Below, in pieces: positions 19,590 through 28,811 of a DNA stretch of 64,000 nt. The notes beneath the pieces are model-generated. The model ran no database searches. It saw only the letters and a program-made list of their open reading frames with translations, and was not told the DNA's origin. How positions within the stretch are numbered: the first letter of the stretch is position 1; each line of letters starts with the position of its first letter. A program made the position numbers and the translations under genes. The stretch is from Candidatus Bathyarchaeota archaeon (GTDB lineage: Archaea; Thermoproteota; Bathyarchaeia; Bathyarchaeales; Bathycorpusculaceae). Location of the stretch: the NCBI GenBank assembly GCA_963826715.1, contig CAWGYA010000007.1, positions 211,445 through 275,444 on the forward strand, given 5' to 3'.

Positions 19590-19825
19590 GTGGTGGAACA
19601 GTTTTCTTTTCTGTCAAGGTTGATTATTTCCCATTTGTTGTGCCAACTCTGACTTTTCTTTTAGAAGATGATTTCTTAATGTCGGTAAAATGTAAGTATC
19701 AAAAAACATATCCCAACTTTCTAGAGTGAAAGTGTCGCATTGCGTCTTAAAATATTCATCAACTAAATCAGATGCGTTATAGTCGTTAATTTCTTCTCTT
19801 CCACTGGCTCTGGTTTAAGCTTTGG

Positions 19826-20170
19826 TTGTGGTCTGATCATAGCTGTTTAGTCAGCTTTTTCTTGCTTCGTTTCTTTGAAAAGATTCCGACAAATAATCCA
19901 ATTCTAAAATCTGTGATTCTAAGCATCGCCGCCATAGTCGTTATCGAAGTCCTTTCAACTTTTGGCAATCCAAGCAATGCCTATGTCTACCTTTTAGTCG
20001 ACACAGTAATGAACATTCCAAGGATTCTTGCTCTTGGAATAGTCATTTTGCTATCTATACAAAAAGCTGTACGGATCAGAGAGTTTACGCCAATCAGACA
20101 AGCACTAACTAAATTCAAGATACCACCTATATTGCAGTTTTCAACTCCCTTGTACTTGCCACAAGGGTAA
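19826..20170 (+). pseudogene. Membrane protein fragment
   Basis: Hydrophobic ORF lacking a clear start; paralogous remnant at 20700-20876. Confidence 0.4.
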
Positions 20171-20269
20171 AAAACCCCAGCGTACCAGGAGTCATCTTTT
20201 TTTTATGATGAGGCGTGTAGTGGCTCGGAGACAAGTGTTAAATAAAGGAAAAAGCCATAAAGGCAAGTC

Positions 20270-20683
20270 ATGGGCGCCAAAGCTTCAAAGCCAAATTATG
20301 CTAGCTTAATTACCAAAATTCTGATAGTTCTGGTCATACTCAACATTGCTGGGGACGTTTTAGCTGCGGCGTTTTTTCTGTCGGACCCTTCCTTAGGAGA
20401 GTTGTCAGTATACGGCGGTTTGATTGCAAGTTTTTCGGGACAAAATGGTGCCGTTATGATAACAAGCGCCATTCTTTTAGGCTACGCGGTGGTTTACGCT
20501 GTTTCTGTTTTTGGGTTGTTAAGTAAATTAAAGTGGGCACCGCTTCTGGTTATTGCAGTTTCGGTAGTGAATCGTGTGCTTGCGCTGGGGGTTATTTTTG
20601 AGCCAAACGTTGCTTGGCTAATCTGGTCAGCATGGAAACTTGTCATAATAGCTTTAGCTTTCTATCTTTGGCGCAAAACGTAA
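20270..20683 (+). CDS. Four-TM hypothetical membrane protein
   Basis: Intact ATG-started ORF with 4 hydrophobic helices. Confidence 0.65.
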   Translation: MGAKASKPNYASLITKILIVLVILNIAGDVLAAAFFLSDPSLGELSVYGGLIASFSGQNGAVMITSAILLGYAVVYAVSVFGLLSKLKWAPLLVIAVSVVNRVLALGVIFEPNVAWLIWSAWKLVIIALAFYLWRKT

Positions 20684-20699
20684 TCAACTCTTGGGAGGT

Positions 20700-20876
20700 C
20701 GTGATACTAAGCTTCGTCGCTATGGGCATTGTCTTTCCCTTGCTCGGATTTGCAGCAAGCCTTACGAATGATGCCTTGCATATCTTCCTCCATCGCGTAC
20801 GTTTAACATACCAAGGTTTCTCTTTGCAGGAGTAGTTATTGGATATCTATACAAAAGGCTGTTCGGATCAGCTTAA
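20700..20876 (+). pseudogene. Remnant paralogous to the 19826-20170 membrane protein
   Basis: Diverged nucleotide repeats, e.g. tatctatacaaaaagctgtacggatcag (~20052) vs tatctatacaaaaggctgttcggatcag (~20844). Confidence 0.5.
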
Positions 20877-21133
20877 TTTGGGTCTGGTTTTGAACCTGTT
20901 TGAGTATGCCCCCGGCGGATCCATCAAACTCCAATACTCCAGGTGGTTTTTATTGTGGAACTTAAACGTGGAAGTAAATCTTACACCTCGAGCAATTTAA
21001 TTTAGGTCTTAATGCCATTCATAATACTGAATTTGTCAAATAGAAATCGCGCTTTGTTTATGCGATATTGGCTTTTTTTGGGGTTGTTACTTTTATATAG
21101 TCTCTACGCATATTTTGCCTTACGGTAATAAAT

Positions 21134-24100
21134 TTGACTGCCCCCGCCATAGCTGAGCAAAACCAGAATCTGCCACCAAATTACACCCCGCTTGAACTTG
21201 AAAAAGAAATCCGCGAATTCTGGACTGAAAACATTATACGTGAAAAACTCGAGCAGATTCAAAATTCATCAACCATTAAAGGCACACTCGGATATGTTGA
21301 AGGTCCACCCACCCTCAATGGTATCCCTCATATTGGACACGCTCGTGGACGCATTATGAAGGATATCCGTTACCGTTGGAAAACTATGGAAGGTTACTAC
21401 ATGCCTTTTTGGGCAGGTTGGGATTGTCAAGGCTTGCCTGTGGAATTGGAAGTCGAGAAACTTTTAGGTGTACGCAACAAGAGGGAATCCATCGAAAAAT
21501 ATGGCATGGAACGTTTCATAGAAGAATGCAAAAAAGCAATTATGCGATATCATGTGATGTGGCTTACCGCTGACAGTAAACTAGGGATCGCTATAAACCA
21601 AGAGAAAGCGTATTGGACCTACAAGGACAGTTACATCGAACGAGAATGGCAAATCCTAAAACGCGCTTGGGAACAGGAGCTTCTCGAAGAAGGGCATTAT
21701 GTTGTAGCATACTGTCCAGGCTGCCAAACCAGCCTTAGTAGCGCCGAAGTTGGCTACGAAGGAAGCTACAAGGAGATCGAAGATCCCTCATTATATTTCA
21801 AATTCAAAGTGTCCGGTACTATGAACGAGTTTTTCCTTGTCTGGACAACAATGCCCTTTACAGTTATTACCGACACAATGCTTGCGGTTCAGCCAAACGC
21901 CGAATACGTTAAGGTCAAAGTCGGAGACGAAATTTGGATAATGGTTCGTCAACGCGTGGAACCACTAATGGCTGAAATGGAAATTCAAAACTACCAAATT
22001 ACCCAAACTATGACAGGGAAAAGTCTTGAAGGAACAGCTTATGATTACCCCCTCAAAGATATGATCCCAAAGCAAGCAGAACTTGAAACTAAGCATCCAC
22101 TTGTCCATCACGTCATCGGTGAAGACTTCGTGGATGTAGACACAGCCACAGGTATTGTGCATCTTTCCCCGGGCAACGGCGAAGACGACTTCTGGGCAGC
22201 CCAGCGCAGAGGAGTGCCAATCTTTGCTCCATATGATGACGAAGTCAAATTCACAGATGACGCTGGATTATTCACCGGCGTTTTCGCTAGGGATGCGGAC
22301 ATGCTTGTGGTTGAGGAATTGCGCAACCGCAACTCCTTTGTCAAAATTAAAAAAATCAAACATGAGTACCCAACCTGTTGGCGAAGCCATCACAAACTGG
22401 TTTGGATTGCACGAAAAGAATACTTCCTACGCACGGACAAAATCAACAAGAAAGTGCTCCAGTCAGCCGAGCAAGTCAACTACTATTATGATGAACCTAA
22501 AAACCGCTTCTTAGGTTTTCTCAAAGAGGGCAAGCCATGGTGTATTAGCCGCGAACGCATCTGGGGAACTCCGATACCGATATGGAAGTGCGAGACATGC
22601 GGCGAAAAACGCCTATTGGGAAGCAAAAAAGAACTGATTTCATTGGCGCAGGAACCGATTCCGGAAGATTTTGAACTTCATAAGCCCTGGGTAGACCGTA
22701 TTACTCTGAAATGCCCAAAATGCGATGGCGTCATGCGGCGAGAAGACTTTGTGCTCGACACCTGGCATAACAGCGGAGCTTCCCCATATGCACGCTTCAC
22801 CGACGAGGAAGTTGCGGAGTTTGTGCCAACAGCATTCTTAACCGAGGGCATAGATCAGACAAGAGGTTGGGCAAACTCACTTTTGCTTGAATGGGTAATC
22901 TTAACGGGGAAACCCCAGTCGCCATACAAGGCATTTCTATTTCAGGGGTTAACCCAGGATGCAAGAGGCAGAAAAATGAGCAAAAGCCTTGGCAATGTAA
23001 TTGAAACCAACAAGCTGCTTGAAAATAACAGTGCGGATCTCTGTCGCTTTTACATGATGCGAAAGTGTTCACCTGTAGATTTCATGAGTTTTGATTTACA
23101 GGAACTCAACCGTAGAAGCTATCAGGTGCTATCAACGCTTTATCATTTAAATCGCTTTTTTATTGATAACGCAACTTTTGACGAATTCCAGCCTTCTAAA
23201 TACACTTTGAAATGGGCACTTTGTTCGAAACGTGTTGAGGCCGCGGATCTCTGGATGCTTTCAAAGCTTCAGGAAAAAATCGAAGACTACACTTCTAAGT
23301 TAGAGTGTTGTGAATTCAATTCTGCCGTGGCGGTTTTGGAGGATTTCGTCATCGAAACGCTTAGCCGACTTTATGTGCCCATGGTTCGAAAGGAGCTCTG
23401 GACCGATGACCCAGAAACCTTTGAACGTCGTCAAACTATCTATGCTTTGCTGCATCATGTTTTAAAAACGGTAACGTTGTTGTTTAACCCTATTACACCA
23501 TTTCTCAGTGAAGCTCTCTACCAAAAAGTATACCGCAAGTTGGAGCCAAGTTTGCCTGAATCTGTAAACTTGGCAGTTTGGCCAACGGTTAACAATGACA
23601 TCCGTGACAAAACCCTTGAAGAAAAATTTGATGTATTATTCAAAGTTGTGTCAATTTCTTATGCTGCACGTCAGCAAGGCAAACTTAAGCGACGTTGGCC
23701 TCTAAGCAAAATTCTCGTGGTCGCACCCGAAAAAATCATTATTGCCCTCAAAAGTCTTGAGGTTCTGCTTCTGGAGCAAACAAACGTGAAATCCGCTGAT
23801 TATACTATATCAGTTCCCGAGTTTGTTGGCGGCGAAAATTGGGTCTTTAGCCAAGAAGATGACATAACAGTATTTGTTAGTGGACAACGCGACGAAACAT
23901 TGCTAGGTGAAGGTATCATGAGGGATTTAGCTCGTCGAGTTCAGGCGCTACGTAAAGAGATGGGTTTTGTGCCTACTGAAGTTTTGGAATCAGTACATAT
24001 CTCCGAATTGGATACCGAGAGTGTAGGGTTGTTGCAGCCGTATCTTGTGGAGATGGCTGGGCTTGTTCGTGCTCGAAAGGTATATCTCCATGTTAATCGA

Positions 24101-24169
24101 AGCGAAATTGAAACAGATTGGCATCAATCCGAATTGGATGGCAAAAAAATCTTTATCAACATCCACTAG
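21134..24169 (+). CDS. ileS: Isoleucine--tRNA ligase
   Basis: EGPP..PHIGH, GWDCQGLP, WCISRER, EGIDQTRGW, KMSKS. Confidence 0.97.
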   Translation: MTAPAIAEQNQNLPPNYTPLELEKEIREFWTENIIREKLEQIQNSSTIKGTLGYVEGPPTLNGIPHIGHARGRIMKDIRYRWKTMEGYYMPFWAGWDCQGLPVELEVEKLLGVRNKRESIEKYGMERFIEECKKAIMRYHVMWLTADSKLGIAINQEKAYWTYKDSYIEREWQILKRAWEQELLEEGHYVVAYCPGCQTSLSSAEVGYEGSYKEIEDPSLYFKFKVSGTMNEFFLVWTTMPFTVITDTMLAVQPNAEYVKVKVGDEIWIMVRQRVEPLMAEMEIQNYQITQTMTGKSLEGTAYDYPLKDMIPKQAELETKHPLVHHVIGEDFVDVDTATGIVHLSPGNGEDDFWAAQRRGVPIFAPYDDEVKFTDDAGLFTGVFARDADMLVVEELRNRNSFVKIKKIKHEYPTCWRSHHKLVWIARKEYFLRTDKINKKVLQSAEQVNYYYDEPKNRFLGFLKEGKPWCISRERIWGTPIPIWKCETCGEKRLLGSKKELISLAQEPIPEDFELHKPWVDRITLKCPKCDGVMRREDFVLDTWHNSGASPYARFTDEEVAEFVPTAFLTEGIDQTRGWANSLLLEWVILTGKPQSPYKAFLFQGLTQDARGRKMSKSLGNVIETNKLLENNSADLCRFYMMRKCSPVDFMSFDLQELNRRSYQVLSTLYHLNRFFIDNATFDEFQPSKYTLKWALCSKRVEAADLWMLSKLQEKIEDYTSKLECCEFNSAVAVLEDFVIETLSRLYVPMVRKELWTDDPETFERRQTIYALLHHVLKTVTLLFNPITPFLSEALYQKVYRKLEPSLPESVNLAVWPTVNNDIRDKTLEEKFDVLFKVVSISYAARQQGKLKRRWPLSKILVVAPEKIIIALKSLEVLLLEQTNVKSADYTISVPEFVGGENWVFSQEDDITVFVSGQRDETLLGEGIMRDLARRVQALRKEMGFVPTEVLESVHISELDTESVGLLQPYLVEMAGLVRARKVYLHVNRSEIETDWHQSELDGKKIFINIH

Positions 24170-24177
24170 GGAAGACT

Positions 24178-24351
24178 ATGACCGAGCAAAACAGGAAACA
24201 CTATCAAAAATGTCCATATTGCAACTGCATTTTTTTTACGCAGGTAGACCTTCAAAAACACCTAAGTGTATTTAGTGAATCCAAGGGACAGCATGAATAT
24301 CTCTACAGCAAAACCCATGGCAGACTAGAACGTGGTTATGGCAACGAATAG
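24178..24351 (+). CDS. Small C2H2-like zinc-finger protein
   Basis: C-x2-C-x3-F-x5-L-x2-H; ATG 8 bp after the ileS stop. Confidence 0.6.
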   Translation: MTEQNRKHYQKCPYCNCIFFTQVDLQKHLSVFSESKGQHEYLYSKTHGRLERGYGNE

Positions 24352-24702
24352 CCCTGCTCTTTTACGATTTTTTTTAAATTCCTATTCTGGGTAACCAGAT
24401 TAAAAACACTTCGTTGTCATTTTTTCTTAATCAAATTTAAATTCTGCTTGCTCCTCAAAAAATGATGACTTTTTATTCCTTTAAAAAATAGTTTTCCGAA
24501 ACCTTAAATTCCTTTAACTCCCAAAACTACTTGTGGCAGAAGCGAAGAAATCAGTCTTGATAATATGAACAGGAACTTTGATCAATGACTTTAGCTAACA
24601 AAAACCCTATTGCGATAAACCGAAAAATTCACCCATTGAACAGCGGGATAAATAAAAAAAATAGCGCACATAGCCACAAAAACATTTTCGATGTGAAGGC
24701 AA

Positions 24703-26631
24703 ATGGTTATTGAAAGTTTAAACTGGATGGCAGGCGGACCACAAGGCAGCGGAGTCGATACAGCATCCAACATATTTGGAAGAGCCTGCGGATACGGCGG
24801 ACTTTACGTCTTTGGTAGAAGAGAATATCACTCAAACATCAAAACAATGCATAGCTATTTCCACCAAAGAATCTCCAAGCAGCCTACTTTAGCTAACATC
24901 AGTGACGTGAATTTGCTAGCTGCGTTTGATGCAGAAACTGTGGTTAGGCATGTTGGTGAAGTCGTGAATGAAGGCGGCGTTATCGTGGATTCCCAGTTTC
25001 TTGATGCAAACGCTTTAGGCATAATTACTTTCTCTGAGGAATACAAAAACACCGTTCGTCAATTTATCAAAAACAATAACGTTAGTGGCGAAACAATCAA
25101 TGATTTTCTTAATTGGGCTAAACAGAAAAATATCCAAATTTTCCCAGTTCCATATATGGAACTTTTAAAGCAAGTCGGAGAAAAGCTAAAAATAGAAAAA
25201 ATTAGCCTACTATCAAAAATGATTAATGTTCTAGCAATCGGCGTATCTTTTGCGCTTTTAAAGTATGACCGAAAACTCGTTGAAGACGCCATCAAAGCAA
25301 CCTTCAACGAAAAAATTGCTGCCATGAATGTAACCGCAGTAAATGTGGCGTACGATTTCACAGAAAAAAACTTCAACGTAAACAACTTTAAACACAAACT
25401 AGAAAAACAGCCTACAAATGAAACACGGATTTTCCTAACAGGAAACCAAGCAGTGGCCATGGGTAAAGTTTTGGGTGGTTGTAGAGTTCAAACATATTAC
25501 CCAATTACGCCAGCAGCGGACGAGAGCGAATACTTGGAGGCCCATGAAATTCTGAAAACAACAAAAGGTAGTCAAGAAGCTATAATTGTGCTGCAAACTG
25601 AAGACGAAATCGCTGCTATTAACTCAGCGTCAGGCGCATGCCTCGCTGGGGCAAGAGCTGCCACTAGTACCTCTGGACCTGGTTTCTCTTTGATGGCTGA
25701 AGGATTGGGCTGGGCAGGTAATAACGAAGTTCCAGTGGTTGTCACACTTTATCAGCGAGGTGGACCCGCAACTGGGCAACCGACACGGCATAGCCAGCAA
25801 GATCTTCGATTTGCGATGCATGCTGCACATGGGGAGTTCTCAAGAATTATTGTTGCGTCAGGTGACATAGAAGAATGCTTCTTTGACGCTGCAGGTGTTT
25901 TTAATTTGGCTGAGAAATACCAAATGCCAGTTATTCACCTGCTTGACAAAGGAATGGCGAATTCTTCTCAAACATATCCTATTTTTGACTACAGCGGAGT
26001 CAAAATTAACCGCGGCTTAATCGTAGATGAAAAAGACCTTGAAGGCAAAACTTATAGCCGTTTCCAATTTACCGAATCAGGTGTTTCTCCTAGAGCATTT
26101 TTGGGAACAAAGAATGCTATTCAGTGGTATAGCGGTGATGAGCACAATGAAATGGGTAACATTAACGAGGAACCTGAAAATCGGCGGAAGATGATGGATA
26201 AGCGCATCGGAAAACTCGATTTGGTCCAAAAAGAAGTGCCTATTGAGCTCAAATTGAACGTTTACGGCGATAAAGACTCAGAGAATATAATTGTTAGTTG
26301 GGGTTCGCCTAAGGGTGCAATAATCGAAGCGTTAAATCAGCTTAAAGAAGAGGGTTATAGTTTGGGTTTCATCCAAGTACGGATGGTGTTTCCACTTCCC
26401 TCTACCTACCTAAACAAAGCGCTTATGGGTAAAACTAGAATAATTGACATCGAAGACAATCACAATGCCCAGCTCGCAGGCGTAATCACCCAATATGCAC
26501 TGATTAAACCAAATTACTACATTCTCAAATATTCTGGGCGTCCCATGACAGTTACTGAAGTTTATAACGCCCTCAAGGCGATTTTAGATGACAAAGCAGC
26601 CGAAAGGCAGGTACTCAACAATGGCGCATAA
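24703..26631 (+). CDS. korA: 2-oxoacid:ferredoxin oxidoreductase alpha subunit (fused gamma-alpha)
   Basis: GGPQGSG, YPITP, EDEIAA, TSTSGPG, RGGPATG; substrate specificity not determinable. Confidence 0.9.
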   Translation: MVIESLNWMAGGPQGSGVDTASNIFGRACGYGGLYVFGRREYHSNIKTMHSYFHQRISKQPTLANISDVNLLAAFDAETVVRHVGEVVNEGGVIVDSQFLDANALGIITFSEEYKNTVRQFIKNNNVSGETINDFLNWAKQKNIQIFPVPYMELLKQVGEKLKIEKISLLSKMINVLAIGVSFALLKYDRKLVEDAIKATFNEKIAAMNVTAVNVAYDFTEKNFNVNNFKHKLEKQPTNETRIFLTGNQAVAMGKVLGGCRVQTYYPITPAADESEYLEAHEILKTTKGSQEAIIVLQTEDEIAAINSASGACLAGARAATSTSGPGFSLMAEGLGWAGNNEVPVVVTLYQRGGPATGQPTRHSQQDLRFAMHAAHGEFSRIIVASGDIEECFFDAAGVFNLAEKYQMPVIHLLDKGMANSSQTYPIFDYSGVKINRGLIVDEKDLEGKTYSRFQFTESGVSPRAFLGTKNAIQWYSGDEHNEMGNINEEPENRRKMMDKRIGKLDLVQKEVPIELKLNVYGDKDSENIIVSWGSPKGAIIEALNQLKEEGYSLGFIQVRMVFPLPSTYLNKALMGKTRIIDIEDNHNAQLAGVITQYALIKPNYYILKYSGRPMTVTEVYNALKAILDDKAAERQVLNNGA

Positions 26632-27586
26632 ACCCTCAGAATATAAAACAGACGTGTACGTGGATTGGTGCCCAGGATGCGGCAACCACGGTATAGTTTC
26701 TGCGGTGCAGATGGCTCTTGACGAGATGGCTCTGGAACCCCATAACGTCGTAGTGGTTTCAGGAGTCGGCAATGCCTCCAAACTCCCTCACTTTGTTAAA
26801 GTCAATGGCGTCCATACTCTTCATGGTAGACTCTTGCCCTTTGCCATGGGAATTAAGATGGCTAATCCCAACCTTGAAGTAATAGGAGTGGGGGGCGATG
26901 GAGATGGCTTAGGTATAGGTGCGGGGCACTTTGTAAATGCTGGTAGAAGAAACATCGATATGGCCTATATTATCCATAACAACGGCGTTTATGGTTTAAC
27001 CAAAGGTCAGGCTTCGCCAACGCTTCACCTTGGAGAGCAAACCAAAGGGTTGCCTAAACCCAACATAAACGAAGCTGTCAATATTGTTTCACTCGCCATA
27101 ATTTCAGGCTTTACCTTCGTAGCACGTTCGTATGCATTTGACATTGTTCACCTAAAAAACATGATCATTCAGGCAATAAATCACAAAGGTTTAGCAGTAG
27201 TTGAATGCCTGCAGCCCTGCCCACCCTACAACAACATAAACACTAAAGATTGGTATGCAGGAATGGACCGTATAGACTCCGCTACAAATAAACCACAGCC
27301 ACGACTCTACAACCTTCAAGATCAAGGCTTCGATCCGCTAGTACATGAAGAAAGCGAGATTTTCAAAAAGAAAGTCGCTGGCATGGAGAAAGCCCAGGAG
27401 TGGGGTGACAAAATCCCCTTAGGTGTCTTCTATCAAAATCCATTTGAATCTACGTTCCAAGATCGCTTTGTCAAACGCATACCCTTTTACCTGCAGAATC
27501 CACCCGCAAAGCAACCTCTCAAGGACGAAACAGGTGCTTCGACTGTGGACCTAAGTGTATTCATGGATGACCTGAAAACAAGTTAA
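26621..27586 (+). CDS. korB: 2-oxoacid:ferredoxin oxidoreductase beta subunit
   Basis: WCPGCG, HGR, GDGD..NNGVYGLTKGQ TPP-binding motif. Confidence 0.9.
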   Translation: MAHKPSEYKTDVYVDWCPGCGNHGIVSAVQMALDEMALEPHNVVVVSGVGNASKLPHFVKVNGVHTLHGRLLPFAMGIKMANPNLEVIGVGGDGDGLGIGAGHFVNAGRRNIDMAYIIHNNGVYGLTKGQASPTLHLGEQTKGLPKPNINEAVNIVSLAIISGFTFVARSYAFDIVHLKNMIIQAINHKGLAVVECLQPCPPYNNINTKDWYAGMDRIDSATNKPQPRLYNLQDQGFDPLVHEESEIFKKKVAGMEKAQEWGDKIPLGVFYQNPFESTFQDRFVKRIPFYLQNPPAKQPLKDETGASTVDLSVFMDDLKTS

Positions 27587-27680
27587 GATAGAAAGAAACT
27601 GTGAGGAAGCTTCTCCTTTCTCCTCATCAGACTATTTTCTTCTTGAGCTTATTAATCACTATTTCCAATGTCGATATATG

Positions 27681-28043
27681 TCATGGTTCTTCGTCAACAT
27701 AGCACTCCTGGGTGAAGCGGGGAGTACATACACAATAAAACACCAACTCCTCTTTGCCAGTGTTAGTAACCTTTTGGGATGTTAATGCTGGGATAATTAC
27801 TACATCGCCGATAGTTACCTCGGTTGGTTCTAAGTTGCCGATGTAGACCTTTCCTTTTCCGCTTGTTACAATGTAGATTTCCTGTACATCTTTTATAAGG
27901 TGGTGGGCTTTGGTGGTTACCCCGGGTTTTACAGTTGCTCGGGCAATCGACACTTTTGGGTCACTGTAGTTTTCAGCTATATAACATCTCTCAGGAGTCA
28001 AGTATTCGTAAGGTGTTTGGGCTTTTACTATCTTTGGATTCAT
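27681..28043 (-). CDS. Cupin domain protein
   Basis: PGVTTKAHH..EIYIV..GKG..GDVVIIP..NTG. Confidence 0.85.
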   Translation of the reverse strand: MNPKIVKAQTPYEYLTPERCYIAENYSDPKVSIARATVKPGVTTKAHHLIKDVQEIYIVTSGKGKVYIGNLEPTEVTIGDVVIIPALTSQKVTNTGKEELVFYCVCTPRFTQECYVDEEP

Positions 28044-28295
28044 TTTCAAGTTTTTCTCCAGGCTTTTTGGTATAAGACACTTCTATTTTAAAATAAATAC
28101 GGGTGATTTGTCTTTAATTATTATAATATTTGCGCAAGCCTTAATCAAAGTGTGTATTTGTTCAGATAAGGCTGTTTTTGCGAAAAGGGGTTTTTTCTGC
28201 TTTTTTTGTTGTTGCAGTTTTTGTATATTTTTCATGGTGTTGTCTTTGGTATTTAATGTTGTATTGTGGTTTTGATGTAAAAATACCTTATATAG

Positions 28296-28311
28296 GCGCT
28301 AACTGTAGTGT
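28296..28311. promoter_or_regulatory. Candidate NrdR box gcgCTAACTGTAGtgt
   Basis: Resembles acaCwAtATaTwGtgt; lies just 3' of a TTATATA TATA-like box upstream of nrdR. Confidence 0.45.
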
Positions 28312-28364
28312 ATGGTTATGCTTGTTGGCACTATGCACATGCAGACCATGAGTATGAATAATCT

Positions 28365-28811
28365 ATGAGATGCCCTTACTGCAACTCTGAAAATTCAAAA
28401 ACCCTTGAAACGCGTGACTCTCCAGAGAATACTACGCGCCGCCGCAAAGAATGCATCACCTGCGGCAAACGGTACACTACCTACGAATACCTCGAAACGG
28501 TCGAACTCATGGTCCGCAAAAAAAATGGTGAACTCCAACGCTTTGACGTTAACAAAATCATTCGCGGTTTGCAAAAATCCTGCGAAAAACGCCCTGTAAA
28601 CATGAACCAAATTAACGAGTTAGCGGATAAAGTGCGCCAGGACCTAATGACTAAAGGCACCGAAGAAGTCGCTTCAAGGGAAATCGGGGATTTAATCATG
28701 AAGCATCTAAAAAAAGTCGACCGCATAGCCTACATACGGTTTGCTTCGGTTTACAAGCAGTTTGAAGAGCCTGAAGATTTCAGGAAAGTACTCTCGGAAG
28801 TGAAGAAATAA
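28365..28811 (+). CDS. nrdR: Transcriptional repressor NrdR
   Basis: MRCPYC..RRRKEC..CGKRYTTYE, ATP cone, AYIRFASVY. Confidence 0.95.
   Translation: MRCPYCNSENSKTLETRDSPENTTRRRKECITCGKRYTTYEYLETVELMVRKKNGELQRFDVNKIIRGLQKSCEKRPVNMNQINELADKVRQDLMTKGTEEVASREIGDLIMKHLKKVDRIAYIRFASVYKQFEEPEDFRKVLSEVKK

Larger units (their letters stand above)
15413..20930. mobile_element. Decayed integrative island at tRNA-Ser
   Basis: Integrase at the tRNA, then AT-rich fragmented or frameshifted ORFs up to ileS; right border approximate and no attR repeat found. Confidence 0.6.

Noticed and set aside
16352-21133. attR duplicate of the tRNA-Ser 3' end
   Set aside because: No copy of GGGTTCAATTCCCACATCCCGCG found by eye
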